Shown in pieces: positions 60,801-64,000 of a stretch of DNA of 64,000 bases. The stretch is taken from the NCBI GenBank assembly GCA_905178155.1, contig CAJINV010000004.1:5268258-5332257 (forward strand), in the 5' to 3' direction. Within the stretch, counting starts at the first letter, position 1; each line of letters starts with the position of its first letter. This DNA is from Amoebophrya sp. A120 (lineage: Eukaryota; Protista; Dinoflagellata). The notes under the pieces were generated by a model. The model saw nothing but the letters and a program-made list of their open reading frames with translations, searched no databases and was not told the DNA's origin. Made by a program: the position numbers and the translations under genes.

Positions 60801-63800
60801 TGCAAGAAGGCAACTCCACAGGCTCCGCCGCATTATGCCGGCGGTCTGTGATGCTGGTGGGCCTACAGAAAAGACGTTTCTCATGCTAAACGCCTAGGCC
60901 AGCCCCTCTCTACTCAGGCGTGATATGGGCCTGCAGTCCTTCACTGCAAGACGCAACTGATTTGTGTACGCAAATCCAGCATCAGAAACTTCGTAGCGAT
61001 ATGGGGAGGGGAGATTTTTCCTTCTGATACGTCTGCGTGGTGTGTTGCGAAGCGGTCGCGTACCACCGCGGGGTCGTTTCCCCCAAGTCGTTCACGCCCT
61101 CCGAACTTATGCAAGAAAAAAACTGTGTAAGTGTAACTCTGTAATGCAAAACAAGCAAGAGAGTTACTACACCTGGCATGCCAGACAGCCATGAAGTCCT
61201 CTTTCCATGTGTGTTTTCCCATTCCCTTACAACCCACGCATGACAGTTTTTCTCTGTCATGTAGAGCAAATCTGTGATGCTGTCAGCCAAAGAAAGTTAA
61301 TACACTAACGCAGTTACTTTTTATTTTCTTGGATAGAACTTCGCCACGAGCTAAGGTCCCCCTGCCCTACCATCGGTGCGGCGCCGTTGCAGGCGGGGTT
61401 CTCCATGGAAACCTTGGTGGGGGTCGCCCCCGGCGCGCGTCGGGGCCACGAGTTTGTCCGCCGCACAAACGTCGAGGTGGTGCTTGTGCTCGTGGTGACA
61501 GGGGGTGGTGCCGCCGTGGCTGTCGGTACCGGCGTGGTGCTGGTTCTTATATGCATTGCAAAAGTATCGAAATTGTAGCAATTGCAGCCATGGCGCATGA
61601 CGAATCCCGATGCTTCAGGTTCAGCATTAAACCACCATTATAAATGCTATTTCTCTCCTTCAGAAAAGAACTTGTGACGCAAGTTATATACCAGTACGAT
61701 ACTTTTGCAAGTATGCATATGTTGACGTGACAGACAAATCTTCGTAGATCCAGATGCCACACCAGCAAAGGCTTCCGTCCAGCCCCGGACCGGAGGTCGG
61801 TCCGGCGATTTGCAGTTTGTGCAGCCACTTGTTCACCGGAACCCAGACGCCATCGGCAGCCATGACAATCCCAGACGTCATCACGGCGGTGGGGGCTTCC
61901 AGCAGGACGCCGTTCTGATCGTAGTACTCCAAGGACGCGTAGGATTGGAAATTATTCTTACAGGCATCGTTGTCCCCCCGTTTGAAAATCATGAAACCGC
62001 TAACGTAGTGGAGCGCCCCGTCGCGAAACTCTGCGGCCCAAAACTGCCTGGAGAGGCCTCCGCGTTGCAGCTTCTATCCACTGCAAATATGTCATGTCTG
62101 GGTCCTCTGGAAGATTGCAAGGTTTGTCATGCAGGTCTCGCATGGCCCATGAGGTCTTGAATGCAGGGCCTTGCATAACAAATTCTGCAGTGAGGTCTCT
62201 ATCCTCCGTATCTTCCTGCATGAGAAACTCCCTCTCCACTTGCACTTGGTCGAAGCAAGGTCGGAAGCTTTTGCTAATCACGCTGACGAAACACAGATTT
62301 TTGAATGATTCAGATTCAGCATGACAAGTTGCAGTGTTCCAGATCCAGACATATATACATTTGATAGGTTCAAACACACACTGATGTCCGAGGCGATTAT
62401 ATTGGTCCCGGACCCCCATCGTATGCAAGAAAAAAGCTGTGATGTAGGTGTAACTCTGTAATGCAGAAAATGCAAGAGAGTTACGCCTGTCATGCCAGAC
62501 AGCCACGCAGTCCTCTTCCCATGTGTGTTAGTTTTCCCTTACAAGCCACGCATGACAGGATTTTTGTTTCATGTAGAGCAACTCTGTGATGCTGTCAGCC
62601 AAAGAAAGTTACACTAACACAGTTTTTTTTCTTGGGTACCTCGAGAGGAAAAATCGTACTCCGGTCTCAGCAACACCTGCGCCGCTGTGACCCAAGCGGC
62701 GCCCGAGAATGTGGCAGACAGAGCTCGCACCGAGACAAGCGTGCCGACCATAGGCTCGGCTAGCAGGTTGCAGTCGCTCATGCGGTAGTAAACGAAGTCC
62801 GGGTTGACGGAAGGCGTGCAGCCATCCTGAAAAAGCCAACACTCGCCGTTGCTTCCTATTGAATGTAAAAACGTCGTGGCTCCCACCCTGGACTCAAGTT
62901 CTTGGAAACTTAGCAACACAAATGGTCCAAAAGCTTTGGAAGTAACGCATGGCGCATCACAAATTCTGTCAATCTTATACTTTTTATACTTATTAATACA
63001 GCATTACAAATTCCAAAACACGACGTAGAAATGTCGCTCATGCTCATGGGGATGCGCATTACAAACGTTCGCGTACCTGTACATGCAAATCTGCCTGACA
63101 AGAACTATGGGCGGGCGGGAACGTCTTTACTGAGGATAGTTCTCGTGAAAAACCCACCGCAATTTGGGGTGTTCGCGCACTGGTAGCGGCACTCGGCGAC
63201 GCTGTAAACCCGATCGTTGTAATAAATGCCCGACCCGAGCTGCTTGTCGTTCATATTCGCGCAGGCGCCCTGGAAGGTGGAGGGGCAGGAGGTCCCATCG
63301 ACGCGGGGCACGTACGCCTTACACTTTGCCTGGTTTTGCGCCATACTCCAGTGCTGCCATCCTGCCGCCGAGGATTGCGTACAGCCGTCCACAAAGTACA
63401 TAGCCTGCGCCTGCCCGTTGTTCTGGTTGCGAAACATCGCCACGCAGTTGTTGTCGTAGCCGCGGCCCCGACAAAACAGGTCGTAGTCGGTAATCTTGGT
63501 GTTGGCAACATTGGTCTGGTCCACCGTGGCAATGTCACTACCCGCGATCGCGAGGGAGTTAAATTCGTTGCACGCCCCGCCCCACACCGCGGGGCAAACG
63601 CGGCCCTTCAGCTGACACTGATTTAAGGAGTATTTTCTCCACCACGGCCCAATCCACCACGTGCAGCCCGAAGAGAGAAGATCGCACGTACTGCCTGCGC
63701 CTGTGCCGACAATGAAGTCCGCGCAACCATCCGTCATCGCGCACAGATACCGGCACTCCTCCTTCGAGTAAGGTCGGTCTGAGAAGAGACCGACCCTTTT

Positions 63801-63932
63801 GTCCTGCCATTGGCCGCAGCCACTTGTCATTCGGATTACGGGGTGTGGAGCGAAAGTGCGAAGACGAACCACACAGAAAAGACTCACTACCAGTCGGGAA
63901 CAATATCCAAAGGGATGCAGTTGGTCTCTCAA
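57900..63932 (-). CDS. Spliced Cys-rich protein with PAN/apple-like repeats, 11 introner introns, 5' end uncertain or outside the window
   Basis: ORF 63105..63932: EECRYLCAMTDGCADFIV...CDL and AECRYQCANTPNCGGF. Last exon ends ...ARDRNDL* at 57900. Junctions were not all verified. Confidence 0.55.
58297..58565. mobile_element. Introner family A
   Basis: DR agaag. Confidence 0.9.
58624..58888. mobile_element. Introner family A
   Basis: DR tcgaa. Confidence 0.9.
59027..59353. mobile_element. Introner family F
   Basis: DR ggatc; left end TCT. Confidence 0.9.
59457..59707. mobile_element. Introner family A
   Basis: DR gggat. Confidence 0.9.
59905..60506. mobile_element. Introner family F carrying a nested family A copy
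   Basis: DR ccgct/acgct; 335 bp after removing the nested element and one repeat copy. Confidence 0.85.
59968..60229. mobile_element. Introner family A nested in a family F element
   Basis: DR attcg/gttcg. Confidence 0.9.
60703..61029. mobile_element. Introner family F
   Basis: DR cgtct. Confidence 0.9.
61108..61335. mobile_element. Introner family E
   Basis: DR gaact. Confidence 0.9.
61550..61719. mobile_element. Introner family D
   Basis: DR degenerate tctta/tgttg. Confidence 0.75.
62075..62366. mobile_element. Introner family A
   Basis: DR gcttc/ggttc. Confidence 0.85.
62422..62638. mobile_element. Introner family E
   Basis: DR catcg/cctcg; similar to 61108-61335. Confidence 0.85.
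62857..63138. mobile_element. Introner family B (divergent)
   Basis: DR cttcc/gttct. Confidence 0.8.
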
Positions 63933-64000
63933 ATAGGGATAGCCGGAAGGTTGAGGCTAGTCCCCAATTACTGCGCAGATTCTTAGCATTCACGGTATGC

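Noticed and set aside
1338-62506. Dozens of short ORFs sharing peptides such as CKYVWVWK, PDPDIFA, QTQTYLH, MSGSGR
   Set aside because: These are translations of the family A TIR in different frames, not a protein family.
1043-63138. TGCATG within the internal motif as an RBFOX splicing site
   Set aside because: The motif core varies (GCATC, GCATT, GCAAT) and occurs on both strands, and nothing here supports that factor.

Overview
Eukaryotic (protist) genomic DNA with three minus-strand genes. They are interrupted by 88 short (mostly 150-350 bp) elements with terminal inverted repeats (TIRs) that behave as non-canonical, non GT-AG introns ('introners'). Almost every element reads TAT...ATA and is flanked by a 5-bp direct repeat. 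At each junction I translated by hand, removing the element plus one repeat copy restored the reading frame. The elements fall into about 13 TIR families that share an internal GCAT(G/C/T)ACA-type motif. This architecture matches what has been reported for the parasitic dinoflagellate Amoebophrya (Syndiniales), but the taxon is an inference. The central gene (~56963 to 6523) has 73 introners and 4 canonical GT-AG introns. By hand count it encodes about 8,300 aa with LNR, EGF, Calx-beta, filamin-like, PA14, sushi, LamG-like, mucin and CUB modules. One introner has grown to 4.8 kb by receiving two other TIR elements, one introner is nested in another, and a 1.2-kb insert flanked by a 74-bp duplication sits in the N-terminal coding region. 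No transposase, RNA gene or CRISPR array was recognised. Coordinates were counted by hand and may be off by a few bases.
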